Below, in pieces: positions 27,891-38,700 of a stretch of 64,000 bases of DNA. The stretch lies in IMG/VR virus record IMGVR_UViG_3300020331_000002; one strand, written 5' to 3'. The notes under the pieces were generated by a model, which worked only from the letters and a program-made list of their open reading frames with translations, was not told where the DNA came from and did not search any database. The position numbers and the translations under genes were made by a program. The stretch comes from a virus. Its lineage: Duplodnaviria; Caudoviricetes. The stretch's first letter is position 1. Every line of letters begins with the position of its first letter.

Positions 27891-30800
27891 TATGACCTTT
27901 CACTTATTGTTCTTGTAGACACTGCTCGTATTTCATAATACTCGGTACCGCTTACCACCACAGCCAGAGTGTCTGCAACTGAATCCCATTCGATAAATAT
28001 ACCTGCGCTCGGCGCAGTGTGCGGGTTACCCTTAGACGACATGGTATAGCCGTTGGGTGCTACCATGTAATATTTATTACCAGTGGCGTTCGCATTAGTG
28101 AGCACATTAGTAAACAAGTCACGATAATTACTTGGCAAATAAAAGTAACCAAAAGTTAAAAACTCTGCATTTTCTAGTGTTGTGCCTCCGTGTGAGTTTG
28201 TTCCTCTACACTGTGCCCATACACATATTTCTATGTCATTTGTTGCGCTTGCTACTGATGCAGGCAAGTCGTACTCAACATTTACCTTATTCCATGTATC
28301 GACTGATGTCGATTGCAATAGTAAGGCAGAGTAGTCAACCGGCGCGTAAGACCTTTCCATAACACTAACAATATTAGGCAGCGGTGTGCCGGTATTATCC
28401 AATAGCTCACATAACCTAACAGTGCCATCAAACGTAAGTACCAAACGATACGTTGGCGAGCACTCAATAACCGCGACATAATTGTCAGTGCTGCGCACGT
28501 CATAAGCAGTCATACCGCTTGAGCTGAATATATTGTCGTCTAAAACAAAGTGATACTGTGTGGATAAAATATCAGTATTGCCGAGCGCACTCGTGTCAAC
28601 TGTTATTACATACTCTTTACCCGAGTCCCAATTAAATGAGCTTACATTAGGCGCGACAACTTCTGTCCAAATCTGGTTGGGTGCAGTGCCTGCAGGTGCT
28701 GTATTACCTGCGTTATCGTAATAAACAGGCCTTTCGTTCAGTTCTAGTATCTGTGACCCGGTGCTAATATCAGGAATAGTTTTAAATTTAGACCTATTTG
28801 TCTTCCAGTCAGTGTCAGTATCTCTATTAGACGATCCCCTAAATATAGCCGATATGCCAACCGACTGGCTGCGTGACGAGCCACCTATCACTATTTCGCT
28901 TGCATGCGTTGCTGACGAATTAAACGGCTGTAATACTTCATAAGCAGGGACTATTCTGTTCGAAACTAAACTTACCAAATCAGTATTCGATGCGCCTCTA
29001 TCAGTTACACTTAATAAGGCATATTCGTGGATGCCGCCTCTAAATGTATTGTGATTCACTGCGAAACCATCTTGCTCTTGATAAGGTTGTGTACGTTCAG
29101 TTTTTGGCTCAACCCAAATAGTAGCAGGATAGTCGCCATTGTCGATTGTGCTCAAGCCAGATCCACTGTAATAGTTTACCCAACTAAAGTTAGCGTTTTC
29201 AATCGTTACCGTAGCACTGAAGTTAGCTGAACGACTCGCAGTAGTATCGGTAACCGTTACATCAACAGTAATTGTCTGCGATACACCAAGATCAGGAATA
29301 GTTAACGTTGGGTTAGCTGCGGCTGGATCATCAATTGTAATGCCTTGATTACTAGGATTAAATGACCAAGCGTAGGTGTAATCACCGGATCCACCAGCTA
29401 AATTATCAATTGACATCACGGTAGTGTCATCATCATTGACAGATTTGTCGTTTAGTGTACCAGTAATCTGTGGCCAATTGTATTTGACATCGAAAATAAT
29501 CTCATTACTAGACTGCACTGTGCCTTCGTCGTCAGTTACCACTAATGTTAGTGTTTTAGACTGCGGTGTACTGTCACCGTCTATAGCACCGGTAAACGTC
29601 AAATCAGTCCCGTTAACATTTACGTCAGCCGGGGTAGTCCATGCGTACGAGTAAGGCGAGTAACCACCGCTGATTGATATTAGCGAACTCAAATTATACG
29701 TTGCATCATGTAACATAGTAAACGAAGGCGATGCGTTATTACCATTACCTAGCGTAACAGATAACGGTGTTGTTTGATCACTAACTGTAATCTCGGATAC
29801 AACTTGCTCTACTTCGCCGGTATTATCGTCTGTCACGGTTACGCGTACCGGTAGCACAAACGTATAGTCAACATAGTCGACATCAATTACCGGTGTGCTA
29901 CCGGAGTCGGACACGTTATACACGTCAATAAAACGAGCAGTGTTGCCTGCTGAATCAAGTACCGGTGCATTTTTATCGTATGCCCAGCTTACACTGTAAG
30001 AACCAGAACCGCCGGTCACCCCTAAATAATCACCAAGAGTTATTGCTGATTTTTCAGTCATGTTGTTAGCGGTAAACACCACTTCAAGAGGCGGCACATT
30101 GTTGTTTATTGTTATTGTGCTTGTCGCGGTTGCCACTTCGCCGGGCTCAGCCAAGTCAGTCACTGTGATTTGGTAATCAACTGTCTGAGGCTCGGTGCCG
30201 CCAATATAGTTACTTGTGTAAACTGACCCTACAAGATTGCCGTATCCCGGCGTTAGAATTTCATAAACCACGTCTAACGGTCCGTGCCCGCCCGAATATG
30301 ATACAACTGTACTCAAGTCAACGCTCTGTGTCTCGTCAACTGAAATAGTACCCGCACTCGCAGTAACGGGCGGCGTTAAATCATACACGTTCACGGTGGC
30401 TGTATCGGTAACAGTTGTGCCGTCACCTGTATCGGTTACTTCGACAATAAGAGTAAACGCCTTGTCGCCTATGGCTTCTGTTACTTGGATTTGCGGTGCT
30501 TCTATATCACTAGCAGTTATGAACGAGTACAAGGAGTTATTGTCAGGGAATACGGACCACTCATAAGTGAAAGGACCTATACCGCCAGTAAGGTTCAGTT
30601 TGCCTGCCATGTCAAGCACCGTATTTTCATCCACATCGTACGAGTCTTGATTTAAACTCGCACTGAATGGCGCAGTTGTATCTTTAACAAGAACTACTCC
30701 GTAGCCCGTTACTTGTTCATTTAAGATGGTATCAGTAACAGTAAGGGTCATTTGAACTGCGCGATCACTGTTCACGTTGGATGCGGTGAGTTGCGCGTTA

Positions 30801-32203
30801 AGGCTGGCACTGTCGTCTATTGTCAGGAAACTAGCAGAGTATGACCAACTGTACGCATAAGAACCGGAGCCACCAGTTAAGGTAACAAGACTCCCCAAGT
30901 TGTAACTTGTACCTTCATCTATTGTCACATCGTCGACTGATAAATCCATTTCCGGCGTAGTATCAGTGACCGACAACGTAACAGTGAAATCGTAATTTTG
31001 GCGCGTTACTGTATCATAGACGTTGAGATTAAAATCAACATCGTATGCGAAATAATAACTACCGTTGTATGTCGGGGTAAACAAGGCGCGTAATTTGTCG
31101 GCGTCAGTTAACGTATAGCCTGCAGGAAGTACACTAGGCGGTGACGGAATTGACCAAATGAACTCAAAGTCGCCAGAGCCGCCTAGTACAGAAACTACCG
31201 TTGACATATCAACGTCAACATCATCCTCAGTTATTGATAGTACTTGCTGCGACACCTGCACCGGCTGATATACCACTGCGTCTACCGAATCTAGACCGGT
31301 AACAATAATAGACGAAGGTAGTAATGGTCTAAATTCATCATTAGCATACACCAAGTCAATATTCACGTACAACTCAGTACCAACCGGATTGCCCGAAATG
31401 TCTAAGTACCTCACACGGATGTATATATCCTTGTCAACTCTACGTAGTTGCACATTTACTGAGTTCCCGTCAGCGTCTTCCAAACGATATATTGTGCTGA
31501 ACGTACTACTTAGCGAGTAAAACCCGATGTTATCGACAGGCTGTTCACTATTAGACAATGTTGTGTTATTAAAGTCAACTACTATTTCAGGGAAGTCAGG
31601 CAATAATGATTCCCAGGCCGCGTTGCTTGTTGGGTTACCTGTACTACCGGGCGCAAAGTCTGCGTTAATCTTTATCTTGCCACCAGTGTTAAAGAAGTAA
31701 CGCATATCCTTATAACTATTGAACACTAATCGTGACTCATGTTGGACTGCACTTTCCCAGAGCTCTGTTCTCGAAGATGCGCCGTATACGCCTCCAGAGC
31801 TGCTAGAAACTCTATTAACGGCAACGTTAAACCTATTGTCGCTAATTTGATCTAGAGCATCTGTGATCTTCTTCGGGTCACTTACGAATGCACTAATAAT
31901 GTCGTTTACTGCCGGATTATTGTCATCAGTTAACACATCATCAACTGAAATATCATCTTCCAACACTGTGCCTTGATGTGCCGCAATACGATTAATATTG
32001 TTAATTAATTCAACCCATTCACTAGCGGTTATGAGTTGCTCATCAAACTTAGTCGCAAAAGTCTCGACTTTACCGTAACCGAAACCCGCAACGTTTACCC
32101 CACTTGCTGTTCTGCTAGCGACATCACTTATTAGCTTCTCCACAGTTTCCTGAAAGCCATTAAAGTGTTCGTTTTCAATTAAATTGTTTATATTATAACT
32201 CAT
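27890..32203 (-). CDS. Tail fibre/adhesin with about 7 Ig/PKD-like repeats
   Basis: GFGYG..HQGT and MRYFFNTGG modules; seven ~95-aa repeats containing GG(S)G.Y.Y.W. Confidence 0.75.
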   Translation of the reverse strand: MSYNINNLIENEHFNGFQETVEKLISDVASRTASGVNVAGFGYGKVETFATKFDEQLITASEWVELINNINRIAAHQGTVLEDDISVDDVLTDDNNPAVNDIISAFVSDPKKITDALDQISDNRFNVAVNRVSSSSGGVYGASSRTELWESAVQHESRLVFNSYKDMRYFFNTGGKIKINADFAPGSTGNPTSNAAWESLLPDFPEIVVDFNNTTLSNSEQPVDNIGFYSLSSTFSTIYRLEDADGNSVNVQLRRVDKDIYIRVRYLDISGNPVGTELYVNIDLVYANDEFRPLLPSSIIVTGLDSVDAVVYQPVQVSQQVLSITEDDVDVDMSTVVSVLGGSGDFEFIWSIPSPPSVLPAGYTLTDADKLRALFTPTYNGSYYFAYDVDFNLNVYDTVTRQNYDFTVTLSVTDTTPEMDLSVDDVTIDEGTSYNLGSLVTLTGGSGSYAYSWSYSASFLTIDDSASLNAQLTASNVNSDRAVQMTLTVTDTILNEQVTGYGVVLVKDTTAPFSASLNQDSYDVDENTVLDMAGKLNLTGGIGPFTYEWSVFPDNNSLYSFITASDIEAPQIQVTEAIGDKAFTLIVEVTDTGDGTTVTDTATVNVYDLTPPVTASAGTISVDETQSVDLSTVVSYSGGHGPLDVVYEILTPGYGNLVGSVYTSNYIGGTEPQTVDYQITVTDLAEPGEVATATSTITINNNVPPLEVVFTANNMTEKSAITLGDYLGVTGGSGSYSVSWAYDKNAPVLDSAGNTARFIDVYNVSDSGSTPVIDVDYVDYTFVLPVRVTVTDDNTGEVEQVVSEITVSDQTTPLSVTLGNGNNASPSFTMLHDATYNLSSLISISGGYSPYSYAWTTPADVNVNGTDLTFTGAIDGDSTPQSKTLTLVVTDDEGTVQSSNEIIFDVKYNWPQITGTLNDKSVNDDDTTVMSIDNLAGGSGDYTYAWSFNPSNQGITIDDPAAANPTLTIPDLGVSQTITVDVTVTDTTASRSANFSATVTIENANFSWVNYYSGSGLSTIDNGDYPATIWVEPKTERTQPYQEQDGFAVNHNTFRGGIHEYALLSVTDRGASNTDLVSLVSNRIVPAYEVLQPFNSSATHASEIVIGGSSRSQSVGISAIFRGSSNRDTDTDWKTNRSKFKTIPDISTGSQILELNERPVYYDNAGNTAPAGTAPNQIWTEVVAPNVSSFNWDSGKEYVITVDTSALGNTDILSTQYHFVLDDNIFSSSGMTAYDVRSTDNYVAVIECSPTYRLVLTFDGTVRLCELLDNTGTPLPNIVSVMERSYAPVDYSALLLQSTSVDTWNKVNVEYDLPASVASATNDIEICVWAQCRGTNSHGGTTLENAEFLTFGYFYLPSNYRDLFTNVLTNANATGNKYYMVAPNGYTMSSKGNPHTAPSAGIFIEWDSVADTLAVVVSGTEYYEIRAVSTRTISERS

Positions 32204-32212
32204 ATTCTACCT

Positions 32213-33304
32213 TTAAGGTGGCGTAATAACGTCAGGTTCTGCTTCATCCAAAGCAGTCATAAGGTTTACTGTAGGGGACGGTGATGGTGCGTTAGTGTCA
32301 ACGCTTGTCGTATGATCGACATACACAGTAAGCAAACCGTCTGAATACGTTTCGCCAGGCTCACTGATAAACTCAACCTTAAATTGAATCGTATACGCTG
32401 ATGCAGGTATAGTGTTTAGTCGCGCATATACACGAACAACATCCTGACCATTATCATAATCGCCTACCACCCTGTATATTTCCCGCCAAGCTGTCACACC
32501 GCCTGACATTATTCCGTAGAAACCGGATCCTAGTGTTATTGTACCGAAACTGTCGCCTAGTTCACGGTATACTCGGTCTGCGCTTATTACAATACGCCCG
32601 ATATCTTCCAAGCGTTCTTGCCATATAGCATTGTACTCATGGGTGTAAAAATAGTTTTGTTCGTACGGAGTGTCGTAATATACAGTACCGTCCGGAGTGC
32701 CGCCAGACTTTTCGAACTCAAGCAGTATTTTACTACCTGTGTTAAAGTAGTGACGCATTTCGTCAAAGTTGTTGAATGCGAACTCAAATTCCAGATTTAT
32801 TTGATCAGTCCAAGGCCGGGTTCTAGACTCAGTAAGCATAGTTCCGCCAACTGTGGTTAAAGACTTCGCAGGTGAAAGCTCAAAACGATTAGCCCTTACA
32901 TATTCCATCACAGCAATCATACCTTGCTGGGCATCATCATACGAGATGACATAATCACCTACGTTTACTATGTCGGGCATCTCACTCACGGTGCCTTGGT
33001 GTTGTACAACTCTATCAATGGCAACTAATAATGAAGTCCACTCAGCTGCACGAATAATTTCGTCGGTTTGCTTAATGGGAATAGTCACAGGAGATCCGTA
33101 GCCGAACCCGCCTTCTAGTACGCTAGAATTGCCTTGGTTACTGTCGCCTATAACTTCGTTGATCTCAGACGCCAATAAGTTGAAGTCTTCTGCGCGAATG
33201 ACCCCTTCTGGGTGATACGTCGTATCATAAGCAAAATTTTGATTAGGCGGTACATTTCTTTCGTCGCCTGGCACGTAAGGTGTGCGCAATGAATCATCGG
33301 CCAT
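32213..33304 (-). CDS. Short tail-fibre-family structural protein (N-module only)
   Basis: IRAEDFN..GFGYG..EWT..HQGT..MRHYFNTGS; late core CTAAATA at 33335-33341. Confidence 0.72.
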   Translation of the reverse strand: MADDSLRTPYVPGDERNVPPNQNFAYDTTYHPEGVIRAEDFNLLASEINEVIGDSNQGNSSVLEGGFGYGSPVTIPIKQTDEIIRAAEWTSLLVAIDRVVQHQGTVSEMPDIVNVGDYVISYDDAQQGMIAVMEYVRANRFELSPAKSLTTVGGTMLTESRTRPWTDQINLEFEFAFNNFDEMRHYFNTGSKILLEFEKSGGTPDGTVYYDTPYEQNYFYTHEYNAIWQERLEDIGRIVISADRVYRELGDSFGTITLGSGFYGIMSGGVTAWREIYRVVGDYDNGQDVVRVYARLNTIPASAYTIQFKVEFISEPGETYSDGLLTVYVDHTTSVDTNAPSPSPTVNLMTALDEAEPDVITPP

Positions 33305-33358
33305 ATAGTCACTAAACCCTTTAATCTTTTCGTGTATTTAGTGACTACCGGACCGATA

Positions 33359-34162
33359 TTATTTACATGAAGGTTTCTTCACAGGGAATAGAGCAGGGCA
33401 ATAAGCAACATCATATCCAGTTGTCACAGTGCCTTGGACGGTCTTGTTGTTTAGAATCTCAATATCAGTGTAGACAAATACATTGTCCCATTCGACCCTA
33501 GCATCAATTTTGATACGCACGTATTTGCCATCATAACGATAGACGGTTGTGCGCTTGCTGCCGATATCCATTATACCGATATTATGTCCTGTACCTGCAT
33601 ACGATGTGGCAGCGTCGCCGAATCGTAAACGAACAGTGCCTACTTCCCTGTCAAACTTAGCTAGTTCAGTAGAGTAGAGCGACGAGGCTAGACGACTACC
33701 ATCGATAGTCACAGCAAGGAATCCGCCCAATTTAAAAAAGTTCTTCATATGTTTGAAATCATCAAACACATAAGTCGCATGTGATCCAAATGTAGACTTG
33801 GGATTCTTGTGCTTCATAATCTTTAGCTCACCTGGACCGGTAGCTGCGATGTATGACGCGCTGACTTTTAAGCCCTTGCCAGCTTCTTGTTGCTGCTCAA
33901 AGTGTTGCGAGATTGTTTCTATGTTTCCGAGCATGGTGCTTTTTTCAGGCAAGCCAAGTAGAGTCAATAGCTTTGCGACTTCTCGCTCGAAATGAGCGCA
34001 TGCATCCGCGTCAGCCTCTTTTAAAGGCGACACTAGAGGTATCGGCTGTGCGCCGATACCTCTAAACTTGTCTGCTTTAGTGATTGGCTTTTCAGAATCA
34101 ACCACTAATTTGTTGAACAAGATGGCACATGTATTATATTCAGTACCATGCACGTTGTACAT
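33359..34162 (-). CDS. Divergent paralog of the tail-fibre N-module
   Basis: FDDFKHMKNFFKLGGFL corresponds to FNSYKDMRYFFNTGGKI. Confidence 0.6.
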   Translation of the reverse strand: MYNVHGTEYNTCAILFNKLVVDSEKPITKADKFRGIGAQPIPLVSPLKEADADACAHFEREVAKLLTLLGLPEKSTMLGNIETISQHFEQQQEAGKGLKVSASYIAATGPGELKIMKHKNPKSTFGSHATYVFDDFKHMKNFFKLGGFLAVTIDGSRLASSLYSTELAKFDREVGTVRLRFGDAATSYAGTGHNIGIMDIGSKRTTVYRYDGKYVRIKIDARVEWDNVFVYTDIEILNNKTVQGTVTTGYDVAYCPALFPVKKPSCK

Positions 34163-34956
34163 TATAGCACGAACCTCGTAACAGCTTCAACAAGTTTTTC
34201 ACCCTGATCACTTGATCGACCAAGTGCGCGGCCGATTACTTCAGGAGAACTGCGATGGCCAACTTCTGCACAACCTGGGTATTTGCGCGAAGCAACCAAG
34301 TAATCACCTACAAGAACTTCACCGACCACACGAACAGGAACTCGTCCCGCAAGAGCAACAGGTAGCCATTCATCTGCGCCAGTCTCTTCAGTTGCATTCA
34401 TTAAGAAAGCAGGTGCCGTTGACACTACGCCGAACGGAACGTCGCTACTTTGGCCGAACTCGGTGATTTCTTTTTCGCCACCAAGCATAACGATGGTGCC
34501 AGGTTCATACACTTTGTCCGCATGATATTTTTCTGCAATATCCGCGTAACGTGCGCGGGCTGCCGTACCGGAGAACTCTTGGGCGTATACAGTACAGAAT
34601 TCTAATGTACTTGACCCGATATTGTGTTCGCCGCCTGAACAGTTTTGTGAAGGTAAAATGTTACCGTCAAAAATATAGTTCTGACCTTCTTTAAACGGGA
34701 AACTGATCCAGTCACTACCTTTACGTAGCTTAAATTCAGACTCAGCAATATCCCACCATGTTTGCCCTTCTGTCGGGTTAAGAGGTTCGGATCCGCTAGC
34801 TGAGTTTTCAAGAAGTTGTAGCATGGCTTTCATAACATGCTCGCCGTACCCGGTTGTGTTACGGCCCACTAACGGGATTGAAAATTGTTCTGTATCAACT
34901 GTGCTGTCGTTGATAGTGACAGCGCGTCCATCACTTAAATTAATTAGATATGCCAT
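34162..34956 (-). CDS. Baseplate/tail-fibre protein with C-terminal autoproteolytic-chaperone-like domain
   Basis: LVGRN..GYGE..LLEN..P..P.EGQ.WWD N-terminus; ARYADIAEKY..GVVST.P..PVALAGRVPVRV C-terminus. Confidence 0.68.
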   Translation of the reverse strand: MAYLINLSDGRAVTINDSTVDTEQFSIPLVGRNTTGYGEHVMKAMLQLLENSASGSEPLNPTEGQTWWDIAESEFKLRKGSDWISFPFKEGQNYIFDGNILPSQNCSGGEHNIGSSTLEFCTVYAQEFSGTAARARYADIAEKYHADKVYEPGTIVMLGGEKEITEFGQSSDVPFGVVSTAPAFLMNATEETGADEWLPVALAGRVPVRVVGEVLVGDYLVASRKYPGCAEVGHRSSPEVIGRALGRSSDQGEKLVEAVTRFVL

Positions 34957-34964
34957 GATTATCC

Positions 34965-35555
34965 TTAGCTCATTTGCACTCGTATAGTGTATTCAATTTC
35001 TAGTATTCTATTAGCTGATTTCAACACTGGGTGAAACCTAACGTGACTTAGCATTATGCCGCTTGAGTCTTTGAGTGCTAGTTCATTGAAAACGTATTCG
35101 TTATTAAAATCTGTTAAGTCGTCCAAATCCAATTGGTTTCCGTATGCGTTGCCGTCTTCGTCTACTTGTTCAGAATTAGGTTCACCAGATGCCAAGGTTA
35201 CCACTACCCGTAAGTCGGCATTAGCGCCGTTTACTGTTTCGACGTAGCTGTCCGGACCACTGTTCTGCACGTCTTTTTGGTATGTTTCGTTATAAAGCGC
35301 GGCTTGCTCGTCATACACTTCACTGACATTGGGCTCCGCGTATAAAACGGTTCCGTCAGTCTGTATGCTTGCGCCGCCGTTACCGAAAGCCATATACCTA
35401 ATATGACCACTGTCATCACCGGATAAGGCACGAACGATAGCTGCGCTCATATTACCGTAGTGAATAGCGTTTGATTTACTAACTAATACTTCGCCAGTAA
35501 TTTTATCACGCACTGTCAAATGCCCGTTCATTGGCAGTTCAGCTATATTAAACAT
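34965..35555 (-). CDS. Baseplate/tail structural protein
   Basis: GHLTVRD..NAIHYGNMS..MAFGNGG..FNELAL..HPVLKSANR..IEYTIR pattern typical of this phage group. Confidence 0.65.
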   Translation of the reverse strand: MFNIAELPMNGHLTVRDKITGEVLVSKSNAIHYGNMSAAIVRALSGDDSGHIRYMAFGNGGASIQTDGTVLYAEPNVSEVYDEQAALYNETYQKDVQNSGPDSYVETVNGANADLRVVVTLASGEPNSEQVDEDGNAYGNQLDLDDLTDFNNEYVFNELALKDSSGIMLSHVRFHPVLKSANRILEIEYTIRVQMS

Positions 35556-35557
35556 TG

Positions 35558-35707
35558 TTATCCTCTACTTTTAACGATTGCGGTTCCGGACTCTTTGTCT
35601 CTAATTAAAATAAAATCTTTGACGTCGCCCTGGAATTTATCGTTCGGCTTTGTTTCTTTATTGCTATTTAGCCCGGAAAAACCCGGGCTATTGTTGTCTT
35701 TATGCAC
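35558..35707 (-). CDS. Small 49-aa ORF (not in the ORF track)
   Basis: GTG start with AAGGGA RBS: MHKDNNSPGFSGLNSNKETKPNDKFQGDVKDFILIRDKESGTAIVKSRG*; C-terminus resembles the N-terminus of the next gene. Confidence 0.5.
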   Translation of the reverse strand: MHKDNNSPGFSGLNSNKETKPNDKFQGDVKDFILIRDKESGTAIVKSRG

Positions 35708-35719
35708 TATAAATCCCTT

Positions 35720-38700
35720 TTAAAGATATTTATAAGTGATAGGATTAGCTGCGCCTGAACTCTTAACGAACGATTCCACACCGCTGTCAAATTCAAAGCT
35801 ATCGCCTGTATAAAACACGTCAGGGTCAACAAATTGTGTATCAGACACAAACTGTATTCTGGAACCAGGTGCATGGTTTGCTATACTTGTGCTTAACTGG
35901 CCTCGCTTCAATCCGTAGAAAGTAGTATGCGCGCCATCGTAAGCAATATTCGAGTAACTAACCATCTCACCGTTTATCCAAAAACGTCCTGTATTACCTT
36001 GACTTGTGTAATCTCCTTCAACTTTTACGCTGTATTTATTACTCGGCAATTCGCTGGAAGACACAGTCGCAGACGCGTTGCCCATTACAAATACCTGGTG
36101 ATCACTTGTCTCATCAAGCAAATACCGATACGCGTAGTTTGCGTCACTAAACGACGATTCACTCACAATTACCAACCAGCTATTGACAGGAATAGTAGTG
36201 TTATCAAACGTTATGCTCGCGTCAGTGTCCCATGGGGTACTATCCCACCTATGCACATACTCGCCGTCAACATACTCATCCCAAGGCTCCGAGCGCACGT
36301 TGTCGAAGAAGTCGGATAATTCTTCTACTATCCACTCGGTTGTAACATTAGGCGACACGTTGTAACGAGGTACTTTCCTAGCAACATAAACCCGTGATGT
36401 AGAGCTATCAACGTCAGCAAGAGTTAGGTTGTCACTTGTCACTTTTACATACTCAATTATATGAGAAGGGTTAGTTTCAACCGTAACAACAAGCGCGTCA
36501 TGTACTTCAATTGGCGCTATGCCAGACATAAGGTCTTCACGTGTCATAGGGTTAGCAAATGAACGCGACTCGCTTGGACGAACATCATAAATTTCAACGA
36601 TATCGCCTTCATGTAAAGGCACAATTACGCGCAGAACTTTTTCAGTCGCATCATAATTGAACATATTAATTTCACGTCCATTAACGAACACAAACGGCCC
36701 CATTACGTCTACAACTTGGGTCGTAACGTCAAATTCAACCACAAACGTTTGGTTCATTTCCGGCTTATACTCAATGTGCATATACCCGGCATCGCTTGCG
36801 CTCATCAAGCCCGGATCGTTCTCATCAAATGTACCAAACTCGCCAGAGTCAATAGCGTAGACACGACCTGCGTTAATGTCATTAACACGATCAAACGAAG
36901 CCTCGTCATAGGTCAAGCTAGTCACGCTTCCGTCGTTAGGCGGAATATCACTTACACTTTCTGACCAAACTCGGTTAATGTTTATCGTAGTCGTAGTAAC
37001 AATGTCTTCAAGCCCAGCTATTTCAACCAAGCTATCATCATCACGGTTAACCGTATAAGCAGACGAGAAGTTTCTTATCTTAGTTCTATACGGTTTCACA
37101 TCTTCAATATACGAGCCCAGTAACTCAATGTTATTTGGTGTTGTAATAGCCGGTGTGTCGAACGTATTGCCGGTTTGGCGCACGCTTACATACGAAGTCT
37201 TAAACAACCAATCAACGTGATCCTGTTCGCTCATTACATAAACAAATGCAGTGAATACAGCACTGTTCATATATTTTTCAGTGTCGCCAACAAATATGTA
37301 CTCGCGCAATAGATCCATAAGGAGTCTAAGTTCAAGTCGTAGTTGGTGGCTATATTTACCAGTCCATGCTCTTGGTAAAATTTCCACTGTTTCGTTTTGT
37401 ACAGCAACAATCTCAAAACTACCAGTTGAGTTAACTTCGTAGACAGTGTAATTTGCATTGACTACTGGTTGAACTCTTACCTGGTCCCCAGTTACGAGCC
37501 TAGATTTCAGGGCACTTAGTTCACTCGGCGACTTTACTAAACGAGTAGGATTAACATTCTCAGCGCTATACCCGTCAGCATACCATACACCCCATTGCCA
37601 TAAAGTACCCTCTTGCTCTGCTAAGAATAAGTTCCATTCAGGATAATCAGACCTAATACGTAGGTTCTTAATGTTTTCATTAATATCCTGGAATATAACC
37701 TTACGGGCAGCAAATACGTCTTTAAACCAGCTTTGGCGAGGCGTATTAGAGTTACCGTATTTTTCGTAATCACCAAGGGAAGGATCAGGAACCATCAAGT
37801 ATGAATCCGTGCTCTTGGCGCCTGTTACTGCTTCTATTTGGGTTGGTAAATCAGGCAGTGCACTAGACGCATACGATCCCACAAACTGTGCAGGCACATC
37901 CGGACTTGTTTCATAAACAAGACGCACATACGAGTCAACCGGATGCTCTACCACGTCAGTGTCTTGATATCCCCTGTCCAGCCCAATCAGCTTTATTTTC
38001 CCGTATTTAGACTCGTTGCCATCGGCGTCGACAATCACCCGAGTATTGTAATAAATGCGTTCGCCGTTTAGTTCAATAACGCCACGAGACTCAGGGAATC
38101 GTGTGTCGTACCTATCAAGTAAAAGACTAGTAACGTTTCCGGTTGTTAGCTTGGATTCAGTGTAAGCGAAACCGTCTTCACGTAAATTATAAAGACCTTG
38201 TTTAACTTCGTCCCAACCAGTCGGCTTAGTTATACCGGTAAACGAGTCAATGAACTTCTCCCAGTGCGCTTCTGGCAACTTAGTATCCGAACCATCTTCG
38301 TTTATAATCACCCATTCAGTGTGATTTTGGTTATGTGTTTCTTTATACTTGTAGTTTATTTGGAACGCGGTGTTTCTATTGCGTGCTACGCTAGACACGT
38401 TAGCAAAAACAAAGCTATTCCCATCAACCGCGTAACTAGATGTCTGGTATGAAATCGCAAATGTTTCGTTTGGCTCAAGAACACTATCAAACTCAAGGCC
38501 GCCCTTAACCACACGCCAGTTATGGCCGTCACCGTAGAACTTGCCGTCGCGCAATCTAAACACGCGCACGTCACTGATCCAGTCTGCACCTAAATCAATA
38601 AAGTTACCAGTCTCATAATCAGTAGTAACCTCTACATAACGGTGGCGTCTATCAACGTCATTTTTATGGTCGTTAATAGGCGAGAACCAAATATAGTTCT

